Notes: generated by a model from the sequence alone, not told the origin. 64,000 nt of DNA from Armatimonadetes bacterium UBA5352 (GCA_002411015.1 DHPY01000104.1:56101-120100); one strand, 5' to 3'. Shown: positions 19,535 to 28,545, counted from the stretch's first letter. A program made the numbers and translations.

Positions 19535-20452
19535 CTAACCACCTTCTGAGTTTGCCCGACTGCCCGGTCTCCAGATCCTGCCACGCGCCGGCGCAACCTC
19601 CACGGTCAGCGGCGTGTCGCCCTTCACATCGCCGTCAATCAGCACCGGCGATGGCTCATCGGTCTCGATGATGACCTTGCTCGCGCGCCAGCTATGCACG
19701 ACCGGCAGAGACAGGTGCGTCCCCCGCATGACCTTCGGAAAGTTCAGCGCGAACGACGTCCGCGAGAGGTGCTCGACCACCACGAGGTCAAGCAGCCCAT
19801 CGTCAATCTCAGCCTGTGGCGCGATCATCATCCCCGCCCCGTACGAGCGCGCGTTAGCGACTGCGACCAGCAGCACCGGCCCCTCCCAGCGCTCTCCGTC
19901 CGCAGTCACGCGCACGATCGTCGGGCGATTCGCCGCCAGCTCCGCGGCCACGCCTGTCAGGTAGGCGAGCAAGCCGCCGGTGATCCGGCTCCGCGCGTTG
20001 ACCCGGCGCGCCACGCGTGCATCGAAGCCCACGCCCATGATGTTGATGGCCCAGAGCCGGCCGTCATCCACGCAGAGCAGGTCGAGCGGCCCGGCACGGC
20101 CTCTGAGGTAGCTCTCGGCTGCAGCCAGGGGATCGAGCGGCACTCCCAGCGTGCGCGCGAAGTCATTGCCGGTGCCTGCAGGGATGATCCCCGCAGGCAC
20201 TCCCGTGTCCAGCAGCCCTGCGATCACATCCGAGAGGGTGCCGTCGCCCCCGCACGCGAAGACCGCATCGAACCCTTCCGCGGCGCCCTCACGCGCAAGC
20301 GCCCTCGTGGCTTCCGGCCAGCCCGTCTCCCGAAGCGCCACCTCCCAGCCGCCAGACCGGAGGATGGCGGCTGTCTCGCCCGCAACATCGCGGCGCGAGC
20401 GCCTTCCCGCGGCCGGGTTCACGATCAGCAGGATCCGCATCAGGCTCCGCAC
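19535..20452 (-). CDS. Diacylglycerol kinase-family lipid kinase (YegS/BmrU/DagK type)
   Basis: LLIVNPAAGRR...ACGGDGTLSDV...IIPAGTGNDFAR matches the DAGK catalytic-domain motifs. Confidence 0.85.
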   Translation of the reverse strand: MRSLMRILLIVNPAAGRRSRRDVAGETAAILRSGGWEVALRETGWPEATRALAREGAAEGFDAVFACGGDGTLSDVIAGLLDTGVPAGIIPAGTGNDFARTLGVPLDPLAAAESYLRGRAGPLDLLCVDDGRLWAINIMGVGFDARVARRVNARSRITGGLLAYLTGVAAELAANRPTIVRVTADGERWEGPVLLVAVANARSYGAGMMIAPQAEIDDGLLDLVVVEHLSRTSFALNFPKVMRGTHLSLPVVHSWRASKVIIETDEPSPVLIDGDVKGDTPLTVEVAPARGRIWRPGSRANSEGG

Positions 20453-20455
20453 CAG

Positions 20456-21424
20456 TCAGACCGCTACAGATGCCGGCTCGGTTGTCAGGCAGACCTCGCG
20501 AAGCTGCTCCATGAAGTAGCGGTAGCTCGCGAAGCTCACGTCCGAGAGCACGAAGTGATCCGGCCCGGGAATGAAGCGGCCCATCTCGATGAGCCGCCGC
20601 GCGCGCTCGATCTCCGCGTCGATGGCATCTCGCCCGCGCGCCATGCACTGCTTGTCCAGCCCGCCCACGCAGCCGATATCCGGATAGCGCCGCAGCACCC
20701 GCGCGACGTCGTTCCCGCACTGCACCTCGTAGGGGTATATCGCGTTCACGCCCGCCTCCAGCATCAACTCAGTCAGGTCCTCGATAAACCCGTCCGAGTC
20801 CACGAGCACGATAGGGATGTCATGCGCGTCAGCAAACTCCCGGATGCGGCGGTACTGTGGCGTCATGAACTCCCGGAAGGTCGCGGGCGAGATCAGCGAG
20901 CCGGAGTTTTGGGCCATGTCCTCCCAGCACTCGATCAGGTCGGGCTGCACGTCCACGATCTGCTTGCGCCACAGCTCGATGGCCATGGTCGTGTAGCTCT
21001 CCGTCATGTCATGAACGAGCTCGGGCTGATCGTAGAACGCGTAGGCGAGGTTCTCGTCGCCCATGCGGTTGCGGCAGAAGCCGTAGACGCCCCGGTGCGT
21101 GAACCGCAGCGGGTAGTCTCGATCGCGGAACTCGGCGACATAGTCTGCCCAGTTCGCGGGGAAGCGCGAGGGATCATCCGCCTGCATGCGCCGGGCCTTG
21201 TAGGGGTGCCAATCGTCTATGGACTTGATCGGCCAGTCAACGTCGTGGCGGCTATAGTCGCCGGTCTTCTGGATCTGCTCCACGGTGCCGTCACCGCGCC
21301 GCTGCAGCCGCCTGATCTCGGTCTCCTCGAGCACCTCCACCGGCAGCAGTTGTGACATGTCCTGGTATGCCGCACAGCGAGGACACCGGCGATCCGAAAA
21401 AGCGTCTCCCTCTCTCACACTCAC
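20456..21424 (-). CDS. Uroporphyrinogen decarboxylase (URO-D)-like family protein, paralog of 34051..35166. It is apparently 5'-truncated and may be a pseudogene
   Basis: Homologous to the ORF at 34051 from its residue about 70 onward (VEVLEETEIRRLQRRGDGTVEQIQKT aligns with FESKILEESGDRQIVQDGEGAKKVIYT). It lacks the N-terminal ~65 aa segment that carries the conserved PVDHVP/DRxP motif. Neither candidate start (GTG 21424, ATG 21358) has a good RBS. It abuts an IS110 transposase fragment. Confidence 0.65.
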   Translation of the reverse strand: MSVREGDAFSDRRCPRCAAYQDMSQLLPVEVLEETEIRRLQRRGDGTVEQIQKTGDYSRHDVDWPIKSIDDWHPYKARRMQADDPSRFPANWADYVAEFRDRDYPLRFTHRGVYGFCRNRMGDENLAYAFYDQPELVHDMTESYTTMAIELWRKQIVDVQPDLIECWEDMAQNSGSLISPATFREFMTPQYRRIREFADAHDIPIVLVDSDGFIEDLTELMLEAGVNAIYPYEVQCGNDVARVLRRYPDIGCVGGLDKQCMARGRDAIDAEIERARRLIEMGRFIPGPDHFVLSDVSFASYRYFMEQLREVCLTTEPASVAV

Positions 21425-21451
21425 ATCGCGCCTGCGCTCAACGCCTCAACC

Positions 21452-21793
21452 CTAGTCACTCTCCGCAGCCAGGGCGCAGCCTCGATGACTCACTCGACCA
21501 CCTGCCGCCACAGGAAGTAGATGTCGAGCAACATCTTGCGTGCCGCGGCGATCTTCGCGCTGTTCGGGCCGCTGCACGACTGGGATATGCGCCTCCCGCA
21601 ACCATGCGGTCACAGCGGGAGCAAACAGCGTCGCTTCTACGCCGACCACGAACGGCTCGGGTACCTTCAACAGTGCCGCCACCAGCTCATCGCGCTGCGT
21701 CAGAACCGTGCACTCGCAATACTCACCTGTCGAAGGATCAAGCGCAACCAGCGTCGAACGGGTCTTGTGTACGTCGATGCCTACGTAGATCAT
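21452..21793 (-). mobile_element. IS110-family transposase remnant (N-terminal DEDD domain only, 113 codons; pseudogene)
   Basis: MIYVGIDVHKTRSTLVALDPSTGE...VGVEATLFAP is the hallmark IS110 N-terminus (GIDVHK). The ORF stops after 113 aa, against 330-400 aa for intact transposases. No C-terminal domain is present in any frame downstream. Confidence 0.7.
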
Positions 21794-22017
21794 CTTTGGG
21801 TCGCCTCCCTGAGCGAATGAATTGGTTCAAGCGCCAACCCATTCCACACAGGCGACCCAGTTTCATTCTAGCCCCTCCAGCGGCAGCGACGACGGGATCC
21901 GCTCTGTCCGCTCATGTCCCCCACTCAAGTGATGAGCCCTCCGAAAGGAATCTCCACCGGTTGCGGTCAACATATCACGCGCTCGCGCATCAGTCTGTCG
22001 CGGAGGGAGTTCCGCCC

Positions 22018-23052
22018 ATGGCCAACCGCACCTTCTCGATGATAGACTACTTCAACAAGCTTGCGGCCGAGCATGCGCCTGAGCTGCAGTTCGCCGGCTC
22101 AACAGCGGATGACTTCGAGGCGTGGCACGAGCGGGCGCAGGCGAAGTTCATGGAGCTGCTCGGGCGGTGGCCGAAGCCCGCGCCGCTCAACGCGGAGATC
22201 ATCGCCTCGGTCGAGCATGACGGGATCATCCGCGAGCGCGTGGTCTTCGACTCGGAGGAGTACATGTCGGTGCCGGCGGTGGTGCTGCGGCCGGCGGATA
22301 TGGCCGCCGATGGCTCGAACCCCGCGATCCTGTGCAGCCACGGCCACGGGCAGTTCGGCAAGGAGCCGGTTTCCGGCAATCGCAGCTCGCGCGCCTACGT
22401 CAGCGACATCGAGGCGATGAACTACGACTACGGCTGGCAGATGGCGAAGCACGGCTATGTGACGATCAGCCCCGATCTGCGGGTCTTCGGCGAGCGCTCA
22501 AGCGAGGGCACGATGGTTGGCACGCGCGACAAGTGCAACGTGCACTTCATCCGCGGCGCGATCATGGGGATTTACACCCTGACGCTGAACATCTTCGACT
22601 TCCAGCGCTGCATTGACTACCTCGAGACGCGGCCAGAGGTAGATGCGAGCCGGATCGGCATGATGGGGCTCTCGCAGGGCGGCACGCAGACGACCTTCAC
22701 GACGGCCGCCGAGCCGCGGATCAAGGCCGCGGATATCATCGGCTACCTCAACCCGTGGGAGCGCTTCGGGGTGAACCGCGCGAACTTCTGCGGCTCACAG
22801 ATCGTGCCGAACATCTACCGCTACTTCGACACGCACGACATCGCGGGTCTCATCGCGCCGAGGCCGCTGCTGGTCGAGGCGGGCTATCACGACCTGTGTT
22901 TCTACATCGAGGACCAGCTCATCAGCATCGAGGCGCTGAAGAAGATCTACGCGGCGGCGGGGGCGGAGGAGGACCTCTGGGTGGAGATCCATCCCGGCCC
23001 GCACGCGTTCGCGGGGAACCTGGCGTTCGAGTTCTTCGACAAGTATCTGTGA
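22018..23052 (+). CDS. Alpha/beta-fold hydrolase with CE7-like GLSQGG nucleophile motif (acetyl esterase / dienelactone-hydrolase-like), paralog of 3643..4716
   Basis: GGAGGGAG RBS and ATG at 22018. ILCSHGHGQFGKEP, RIGMMGLSQGGTQT (GxSQGG) and a C-terminal His region. No signal peptide. Confidence 0.7.
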   Translation: MANRTFSMIDYFNKLAAEHAPELQFAGSTADDFEAWHERAQAKFMELLGRWPKPAPLNAEIIASVEHDGIIRERVVFDSEEYMSVPAVVLRPADMAADGSNPAILCSHGHGQFGKEPVSGNRSSRAYVSDIEAMNYDYGWQMAKHGYVTISPDLRVFGERSSEGTMVGTRDKCNVHFIRGAIMGIYTLTLNIFDFQRCIDYLETRPEVDASRIGMMGLSQGGTQTTFTTAAEPRIKAADIIGYLNPWERFGVNRANFCGSQIVPNIYRYFDTHDIAGLIAPRPLLVEAGYHDLCFYIEDQLISIEALKKIYAAAGAEEDLWVEIHPGPHAFAGNLAFEFFDKYL

Positions 23053-23079
23053 GACACGCGTCTCGGGGAGGGCCATACC

Positions 23080-23373
23080 ATGGAACAGAAGCCCCTGTGG
23101 AAGATCGACTCGGGGGAGTTTGCGGGCTGGCGGATGGGCGACCAGCTTCATGACGTGAAGGGCACGCACGTCGGGATGTTCCGCGGCGATATCGCCTATA
23201 CGCTCAAGGGCGAGTACCTGGGCGAGATCGTGAATGACGAATGGCTCGGGAAGCACATCACGCGCCGGCCGCCGCCGATCGCCGCCCGCGAACAGCGGGG
23301 CTCCGTGCACTCGGTGCCCCGCGCCCCGCGCTCAGGGCGGCCGTCGAAGATCTGGGAGGACCCGAAGGTGTAG
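23080..23373 (+). CDS. Small protein with N-terminal 4-fold beta-flower-like domain and a basic/Pro-rich tail
   Basis: GGGAGGG RBS. WKIDSGEFAGWRMGDQLHDVKGTHVGMFRGDIAYTLKGEYLGEIVNDEWLGK shows the four-times repeated x-G-x-hydrophobic-G pattern. It lies 27 nt after the hydrolase stop and is likely co-transcribed. Confidence 0.4.
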   Translation: MEQKPLWKIDSGEFAGWRMGDQLHDVKGTHVGMFRGDIAYTLKGEYLGEIVNDEWLGKHITRRPPPIAAREQRGSVHSVPRAPRSGRPSKIWEDPKV

Positions 23374-23376
23374 GGC

Positions 23377-23575
23377 AGCGAACGACGGCGAACGGCAGCG
23401 AACGGCTACGGCGGGCCGTACGGAGGGGCCGCCTGAGCCACGGCAGTCGAGCGCCAGCGAGAGTGGCGGCGCGAAGCCGACCCGCGACAAGCCGATAGGT
23501 GGCGTCTGAGCGAACAGCACGGGCCGGCTTCGGCCACCGCAAACGACGCGGTGGCCTCAGGCGGCCCCTCCGTAC
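23377..23575. repeat. Intergenic structured element: gcgaacgRc tandem repeat (x3) plus a 24-bp inverted repeat (gtacggaggggccgcctgagccac / gtggcctcaggcggcccctccgtac) whose arms flank about 110 nt
   Basis: Direct reading of the sequence. The arms are complementary with a single 1-nt bulge. An internal small hairpin ggccggcttcggcc is present. The element lies between the convergent genes 23080..23373 (+) and 23602..25008 (-). Confidence 0.6.
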
Positions 23576-23601
23576 TGCCGAGGATATGCCGCGCTTACCG
23601 G

Positions 23602-25008
23602 CTACTCGCCGCTGATCTGGCTGTTCACGAGCGCGCTGACGACCGCCGGATCGTCGCGAACTGCTCCTCCGTTCTCGCCGAGCGCGCGGAGCGTCGTCGG
23701 CTCAAGGCCCATCTCCCGGATGCGGTCGATCATCAGCGGCAGCGCCTCAACCGAGCACATCTCGCCCTGGTGCATGAGGATGATGTCGCCCGGCTGCAGG
23801 CCCTCCGTGGCGTTGCGCACGATCTGCGCGGCAGGCGGCTGCACCCAGTCACCCGTGTTGCGGGACCAGAACGCGCCGCCGGAGCCGAGTGAGGCCATGG
23901 CCCGCAACCCGCCCTCCGAACAGCGTCCGCCCGGCGGCCGGAACCAGCGCATCTGCTCGCCCGTCACGCGCTCGACGATGCGCGCGCATGAGGCGATCTC
24001 CGCCCACGCCTCGTCATCTGGAAGCTGGCTCATGCGGCGGTTCGAGTAGGAGTGGTTGGCGAGTTCGTGGCCGCCACGCAGGGTCATCTGCGCCAGCGCC
24101 GGGAACTGCTCAACCTGCTGTCCGACAACGAAGAACGTGGCCCGCACCGCCTTCTGCGCGAGGATTTCAAGCATGAGCGGCGTGATCAGCGGGTGCGGGC
24201 CGTCGTCGATGGTGAGGGCCACGAGGTTCTGATCGCCGCGGCCGCTGAAGATCGCCTCAACGGTGCTCTGCGTCGCCATTTCTGCGAGCACCTGGCCGCT
24301 CGCTGCCTCGGTCAGGAGCGCGTCCCAGCCCTCCGCCGCGGGCGGATCAGTGAAGGCGCCGGCGGGAAGCGATGACAGTGACGCGCCGTCGGTCGCATAG
24401 CGCGCGAAGACCGGGGAGTAGCGGACGCCCTCCAGCGCATCGAGCACCTCCGGGCCGGTGCCCATGCCCGCGGATGCGTTCAGATACTCCTCACGCGAGA
24501 CCGACAGCGAGAAGACCGGGTGGTGCTCCTGGAGATCGCCGACGAGGCCGGCGCCGGGCACCACCGACCACAGGTCAAGCTGATCGAAGGCGAGGCCATC
24601 GTGGAAGGCGGCGTCGAGGCAGGCGGCGGCGTCCTCGCGGAGATCGGCGAGCACGAACTCCCCGTTGCGGCGGCCGGCCTGAAGCTTGATGAGGCCCATG
24701 CGACGGCCGTCAACGCCCGCGGATGCCACGCGCAGGACCGACTGGTTGAGCCGCTGGCGCGCGAGTGCGTCCATCAGGCGCGATTCAGCCGCGAGTGTGT
24801 GGCCCTTCAGGACGCCATCGAGGCCATTCCCGAGCGGCACGAGCAGCGCCTCCGGCGGAAGGCCGGGGCGGTGGGCGTTGAGGTGCGACAGCGCCTCGCC
24901 ACCTGTCCGCGCATCGGGGAGACCCGGGTTCGCCTGCGCGGCTGCGACGATGATGGTTGCTGCAATGAAGCTGCATACTCCGCTGCGTACCACTGCGACA
25001 CCTCGCAT
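23602..25008 (-). CDS. Polysaccharide deacetylase family protein (CE4, NodB homology domain) with N-terminal signal peptide and extra N-domain
   Basis: TIDDGPHP (Asp-Asp motif), HELANHSYSN (His-His motif) and RPPGG. The N-terminal hydrophobic signal is MRGVAVVRSGVCSFIAATIIVAAAQA. Confidence 0.8.
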   Translation of the reverse strand: MRGVAVVRSGVCSFIAATIIVAAAQANPGLPDARTGGEALSHLNAHRPGLPPEALLVPLGNGLDGVLKGHTLAAESRLMDALARQRLNQSVLRVASAGVDGRRMGLIKLQAGRRNGEFVLADLREDAAACLDAAFHDGLAFDQLDLWSVVPGAGLVGDLQEHHPVFSLSVSREEYLNASAGMGTGPEVLDALEGVRYSPVFARYATDGASLSSLPAGAFTDPPAAEGWDALLTEAASGQVLAEMATQSTVEAIFSGRGDQNLVALTIDDGPHPLITPLMLEILAQKAVRATFFVVGQQVEQFPALAQMTLRGGHELANHSYSNRRMSQLPDDEAWAEIASCARIVERVTGEQMRWFRPPGGRCSEGGLRAMASLGSGGAFWSRNTGDWVQPPAAQIVRNATEGLQPGDIILMHQGEMCSVEALPLMIDRIREMGLEPTTLRALGENGGAVRDDPAVVSALVNSQISGE

Positions 25009-25010
25009 CT

Positions 25011-25823
25011 TCAGATCAGCCCGAACTCCCCCACCGCCTCGTTCGGCGCGGCGTCCTCCTTGACTACCATGCGTAGCGCCGCGATCATCGCCGCCGGGTC
25101 GTCGCTCTGGATGACGTTCCGGCCGAAGACGATGCCACGCGCGCCGGCTCTGATTGCCCGCTGCGCTAGCTCCAGCGCGTCGATCGCGTGCGGCAGCTTC
25201 TCCGCCCCCAGCACCATGATCGGCACCGGGGTCGCCTCCACCGTCTCGGCGAAGCGCTCACCGGTGAAGTAGGTCTTGATGATATCCGCGCCAAGCTCCG
25301 CGAGGATCCGGCAGCCATTGTGGACCTGCCGAAACAGCTCATCGGCGGTCAGCTCACTGGGAGCGATCGGAAAGAGCTCGCCAATGAGCGGCAGGCCGCA
25401 CTCGCGCTTCGCCTCAACGAGCCGGGCGAAGTGCTCGATGTTCTCGCGATCGATCTCCTCGTGCTGCATCGTGACGGTGAAGGTCGCGATGCCGAGGTCG
25501 GCGCCCATCGCCAGTGCACGGGCGGGGTCGAGGACGCGGGCCGGATGGGCGCCCGTGAAGCCCCAGCGGCCTCCGAAGACGGTGCTCCAGTCGAGGCGCA
25601 CGACCGCGCAGGGAGCGCCACGGTAGCTGAAAGCGTGGCCGCAGGACTGGAGCATCCCCGGCGAGAGCAGGATGCCGTCGGCGTCGCGCCACGCCTCGAT
25701 GGCTCGGGGGAGGTTGATGGCGCCGGCGGTCGGGCCGACGAAGAAGCCGTGATCGGCGGCGACGATGATCGCGCGCTTCCCGTCGGAGAAGAGCCGGTTC
25801 AGGCGCATCCAGTGGCCTTCCAT
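25011..25823 (-). CDS. Class I aldolase of the DhnA/FbaB/DeoC-like family (fructose-bisphosphate aldolase or ADH synthase-like)
   Basis: An AGGAG RBS 8 nt upstream of the ATG at 25823. AIIVAADHGFFVGP...ADIIKTYFTG (Schiff-base Lys region) ...IVFGRNVIQ. Confidence 0.8.
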   Translation of the reverse strand: MEGHWMRLNRLFSDGKRAIIVAADHGFFVGPTAGAINLPRAIEAWRDADGILLSPGMLQSCGHAFSYRGAPCAVVRLDWSTVFGGRWGFTGAHPARVLDPARALAMGADLGIATFTVTMQHEEIDRENIEHFARLVEAKRECGLPLIGELFPIAPSELTADELFRQVHNGCRILAELGADIIKTYFTGERFAETVEATPVPIMVLGAEKLPHAIDALELAQRAIRAGARGIVFGRNVIQSDDPAAMIAALRMVVKEDAAPNEAVGEFGLI

Positions 25824-25877
25824 GTGCTGACTCCTGCGAGCGACGTCCCTCGCGAGGGCGCGAGGGCCACAACGACA

Positions 25878-25972
25878 ACGGCTGACGGCTGACGGCTGAC
25901 GGCGTGCGGGCGGGGCGCCCGCACCACGGAACAACTGAACCGACGCGGGCGGGGCGCCCGCACCACGGGACG
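25878..25972 (-). terminator. Tandem repeat (ggctgac x3) plus two tandem copies of a GC hairpin (gYgcgggcg-ggg-cgcccgcaccacgg) immediately downstream of the 25977..26837 gene; terminator-like
   Basis: Two near-identical 25-nt direct repeats, each a 7-9 bp palindrome. On the transcribed (minus) strand the first hairpin is followed by GUCGGUUCAGUUGUUCC. Confidence 0.4.
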
Positions 25973-25976
25973 GCAG

Positions 25977-26837
25977 CTAACTCAGCAGCGGGTCCCAGTG
26001 CTCATACTCGCGGGCAATGTCACGGTCGCTCTCCCACGGTCTATAGATGGCACGGGCGCGGAGGCGATGCTCCTCATCCACACGCGGCCGGTGCAGCACC
26101 CACTGGAGATCCCACGCCGGGTTGCCCGCGCCGCCACCGGTCGGCGAATGCGTGAAGCGCAGATCGTGCCCCGGCTCGAACATGAGCGCGAACACCATCC
26201 GCCCTCGGCGGCCGAAGAAGAACGGGCGCGTCCACGCCAGATCGGAGTAGCTGTACGCGAGCGTCTCGCGCGACATCGAGTGTGGCAGGCTGGCGCTGGT
26301 GGTCACGCTGCAGACAGTGCTTCCCGAGCCATGGCGGGGAGAGTTCAGCTCGAGCCAGCCCTCCCCCACCGGCTCATCGCGCGGGCGGCCGAGGAAGTGC
26401 ATCGCAGGCGACTCCGGCGCGTTGATGTAGCTCGCGTAGAAGGCCAGCAGGTAGTCGCGCGCGAGCGTCTCCCGGCGCAGCACCAGTCGCAGGTCGATGT
26501 CAATGTAATGTGGCACGCGCAGGCTGAATGTGATCAGGGACTGCACGCCGAGCGTGGGCGTCGCGTCCTGGTGAAGCATGACAGACTGTGAGTCGAGCCT
26601 CTCGAGTTCAATTGGCAACCGCCGAGGCTCGAAGTACTGGTTGTCATCGCGCATGTCGCGGCCATCGAGCAGGTGCTCGAGGTTGATCCCGGCGAGGCCA
26701 GGGACGAAGAGGCTCTCGCCAGGCGCATGGACGGACGTGAGCGACTGCAGACCATGGTAGCCTGCGCGCTGGCCATCGTCCGCCTCATTGTTGCCGATGG
26801 TGGCGGTAAGCTCACCGGCGCTGACGCTCTCACGCAT
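25977..26837 (-). CDS. Hypothetical protein (about 287 aa), no recognisable domain
   Basis: Strong GGGGAGGTG RBS before the ATG at 26837. The track N-terminal extension overlaps the lptF/G gene and is rejected. Confidence 0.5.
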   Translation of the reverse strand: MRESVSAGELTATIGNNEADDGQRAGYHGLQSLTSVHAPGESLFVPGLAGINLEHLLDGRDMRDDNQYFEPRRLPIELERLDSQSVMLHQDATPTLGVQSLITFSLRVPHYIDIDLRLVLRRETLARDYLLAFYASYINAPESPAMHFLGRPRDEPVGEGWLELNSPRHGSGSTVCSVTTSASLPHSMSRETLAYSYSDLAWTRPFFFGRRGRMVFALMFEPGHDLRFTHSPTGGGAGNPAWDLQWVLHRPRVDEEHRLRARAIYRPWESDRDIAREYEHWDPLLS

Positions 26838-26911
26838 CGAGTCACCTCCCCGCAGCCCTGCCGTGACGCGCAACAGAGGGGCATTTCGCCAGAAGTGCCG
26901 CCAGCCCTGCC

Positions 26912-27988
26912 TCAGCCCTCGCGGGCGAGGAAGATCATCCCAAGGACGCCGAACAGCGCGTCCGGCGCCCAGCCGGCGGTTACTGGATCGAGTGAGCCAG
27001 CAAGCCCGAAGGCCAGTGTCCACGACCGCACGCCATTATACAGGAAGACCACCAGCAGCGAGACGACGACTCCGACGTACGTGCCGTGGCGCGCGTAGCG
27101 ATGGCCCAGCGGTGCAGCCACGATGGCGAAGACGAAGCAGGCGACCGGGATTGAGTACTTGAAGTGCAGGTAGACCTCGTACTGCTGCGTGTCGCCGCCG
27201 GTGGCCTTGCGGACCTCGATCAGCTCCTGCAGCTCGTACGGCGCCATCTCCGCCGGGGCGCGGTGCTCGGAGTAGTACTGCTGCAGCGCGCGTGTGAGGT
27301 GCACCTCGCGGCTGGCGAACTGCTCGACCTCGGCCCCGAGGCCGCCGCGCTCATCAAGCGCCACCCGGGCGCCATCGTAGAGCGTCCAGACGGTGCCCTG
27401 CAGATGCGCGCTCTGCGCTACCATGACCTCCGAGATGCGGCCCTCGCCGTTGCGCGTCCAGATGGCGATCTCGCGCAGCAGGTTCTCCGCCGGAAGCATG
27501 TCGCGCACGTAGAAGAAGCGGCCCTGCTCATCGCGAAAGAACTGGTTGTGGGCCTCGCGCACCACCGCCTGGGTCATCATCATGTCGGCCAGCGCCTGCT
27601 GCGCAGCCTCCATGGTGGTCGGGACGACGTACTGGTTGAGGGCGAGGCCGCCCCCGGATGCGAGGGCTCCGGCGATGATCATGGGGGCGCAGATGCGGGT
27701 GAAGGAGACTCCGCCCGCGCGGATGGCGGTAATCTCCCCGTAGTGAGCCAGGGTCGTGACGGACATCGCGACGCCGAGCAGTGTGCCGAAGGGGAGCGAC
27801 CAGACGATCGCGCGGGGAGTGCGCAGGAGCAGGTAGCGGATGATCAGCTCCGCGGAGACGCGGCCGCCCACGATCGTTGAGCTGATGTTGTATGCGACCT
27901 CCGCGAGGAGGATCAGCACGAAGAGCATCAGCCCGACGATGAAGGGCAGAATGAGTCTGCCGAGGAGGTAGCGGTCGATGATTCGCAT
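26912..27988 (-). CDS. LptF/LptG family lipopolysaccharide export permease (YjgP/YjgQ)
   Basis: MRIIDRYLLGRLILPFIVGLMLFVLILL is the classic LptF/G N-terminus. It has 6 TM segments with a large periplasmic loop and is 358 aa. Confidence 0.85.
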   Translation of the reverse strand: MRIIDRYLLGRLILPFIVGLMLFVLILLAEVAYNISSTIVGGRVSAELIIRYLLLRTPRAIVWSLPFGTLLGVAMSVTTLAHYGEITAIRAGGVSFTRICAPMIIAGALASGGGLALNQYVVPTTMEAAQQALADMMMTQAVVREAHNQFFRDEQGRFFYVRDMLPAENLLREIAIWTRNGEGRISEVMVAQSAHLQGTVWTLYDGARVALDERGGLGAEVEQFASREVHLTRALQQYYSEHRAPAEMAPYELQELIEVRKATGGDTQQYEVYLHFKYSIPVACFVFAIVAAPLGHRYARHGTYVGVVVSLLVVFLYNGVRSWTLAFGLAGSLDPVTAGWAPDALFGVLGMIFLAREG

Positions 27989-28015
27989 GCGGTTACACGC
28001 TGGACGCCTGTGGCG

Positions 28016-28399
28016 TTAGCCGGGACCCTCGAGAATGACGACGGCCATGGCGATGCCAGCGTCGTGGGAGAGGGAGACGTGAATGTTAGTGACGCCCATG
28101 GCATCGGCGCGCTCCTTCGCCGCGCCGCTCAGGACAAGCTCAGGCCGCCCGCTCGGGTGCTTGCGCACCTCGATCTGCGTGAAGTGAACGCCGCCGCGCC
28201 AGCCGGTGCCGAGGGCCTTCATGCAGGCCTCTTTCGCGGCGAAACGCGTGCCGAGGCGCTCCGAAAGGGTCGCGCGCAGCTCAGCGGTCTCGATCTCCCT
28301 GCGCGTGAAGCAGCGGCAGAGGAAGCGGTCGCCGTATGATTCGACGAGATATCCCAGCCGGTCTGTTCCAACGATGTCTGTCCCTATTCCGAGGATCAT
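28016..28399 (-). CDS. acpS: Holo-[acyl-carrier-protein] synthase (4'-phosphopantetheinyl transferase)
   Basis: MILGIGTDIVGTDRL...FAAKEACMKALGTG matches the AcpS motifs. About 127 aa. Confidence 0.85.
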   Translation of the reverse strand: MILGIGTDIVGTDRLGYLVESYGDRFLCRCFTRREIETAELRATLSERLGTRFAAKEACMKALGTGWRGGVHFTQIEVRKHPSGRPELVLSGAAKERADAMGVTNIHVSLSHDAGIAMAVVILEGPG

Positions 28400-28545
28400 G
28401 CAGCGCTCCTGGTTGCAGCAGCTATCAAGGCAGAGTGGTACGGGCGTCCTCGCCCGCACACTGGGCGGAGCCGTTGGCTGTCACAGGCTCTCGTTCTGGT
28501 GGGGCGAGGGCACCCCACCTACGTGGGCAATGTCGGCTCCTGAAG

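Noticed and set aside
19694-21355. 553-aa plus-strand ORF spanning the DAGK-like and URO-D-like genes
   Set aside because: It crosses two well-supported minus-strand genes and has Arg/His/Pro-rich low-complexity translation.
26838-27023. N-terminal extension of track ORF 25977..27023 overlapping lptF/G
   Set aside because: The internal ATG at 26837 has a strong GGGGAGGTG RBS, whereas the extension overlaps the permease gene on the same strand.
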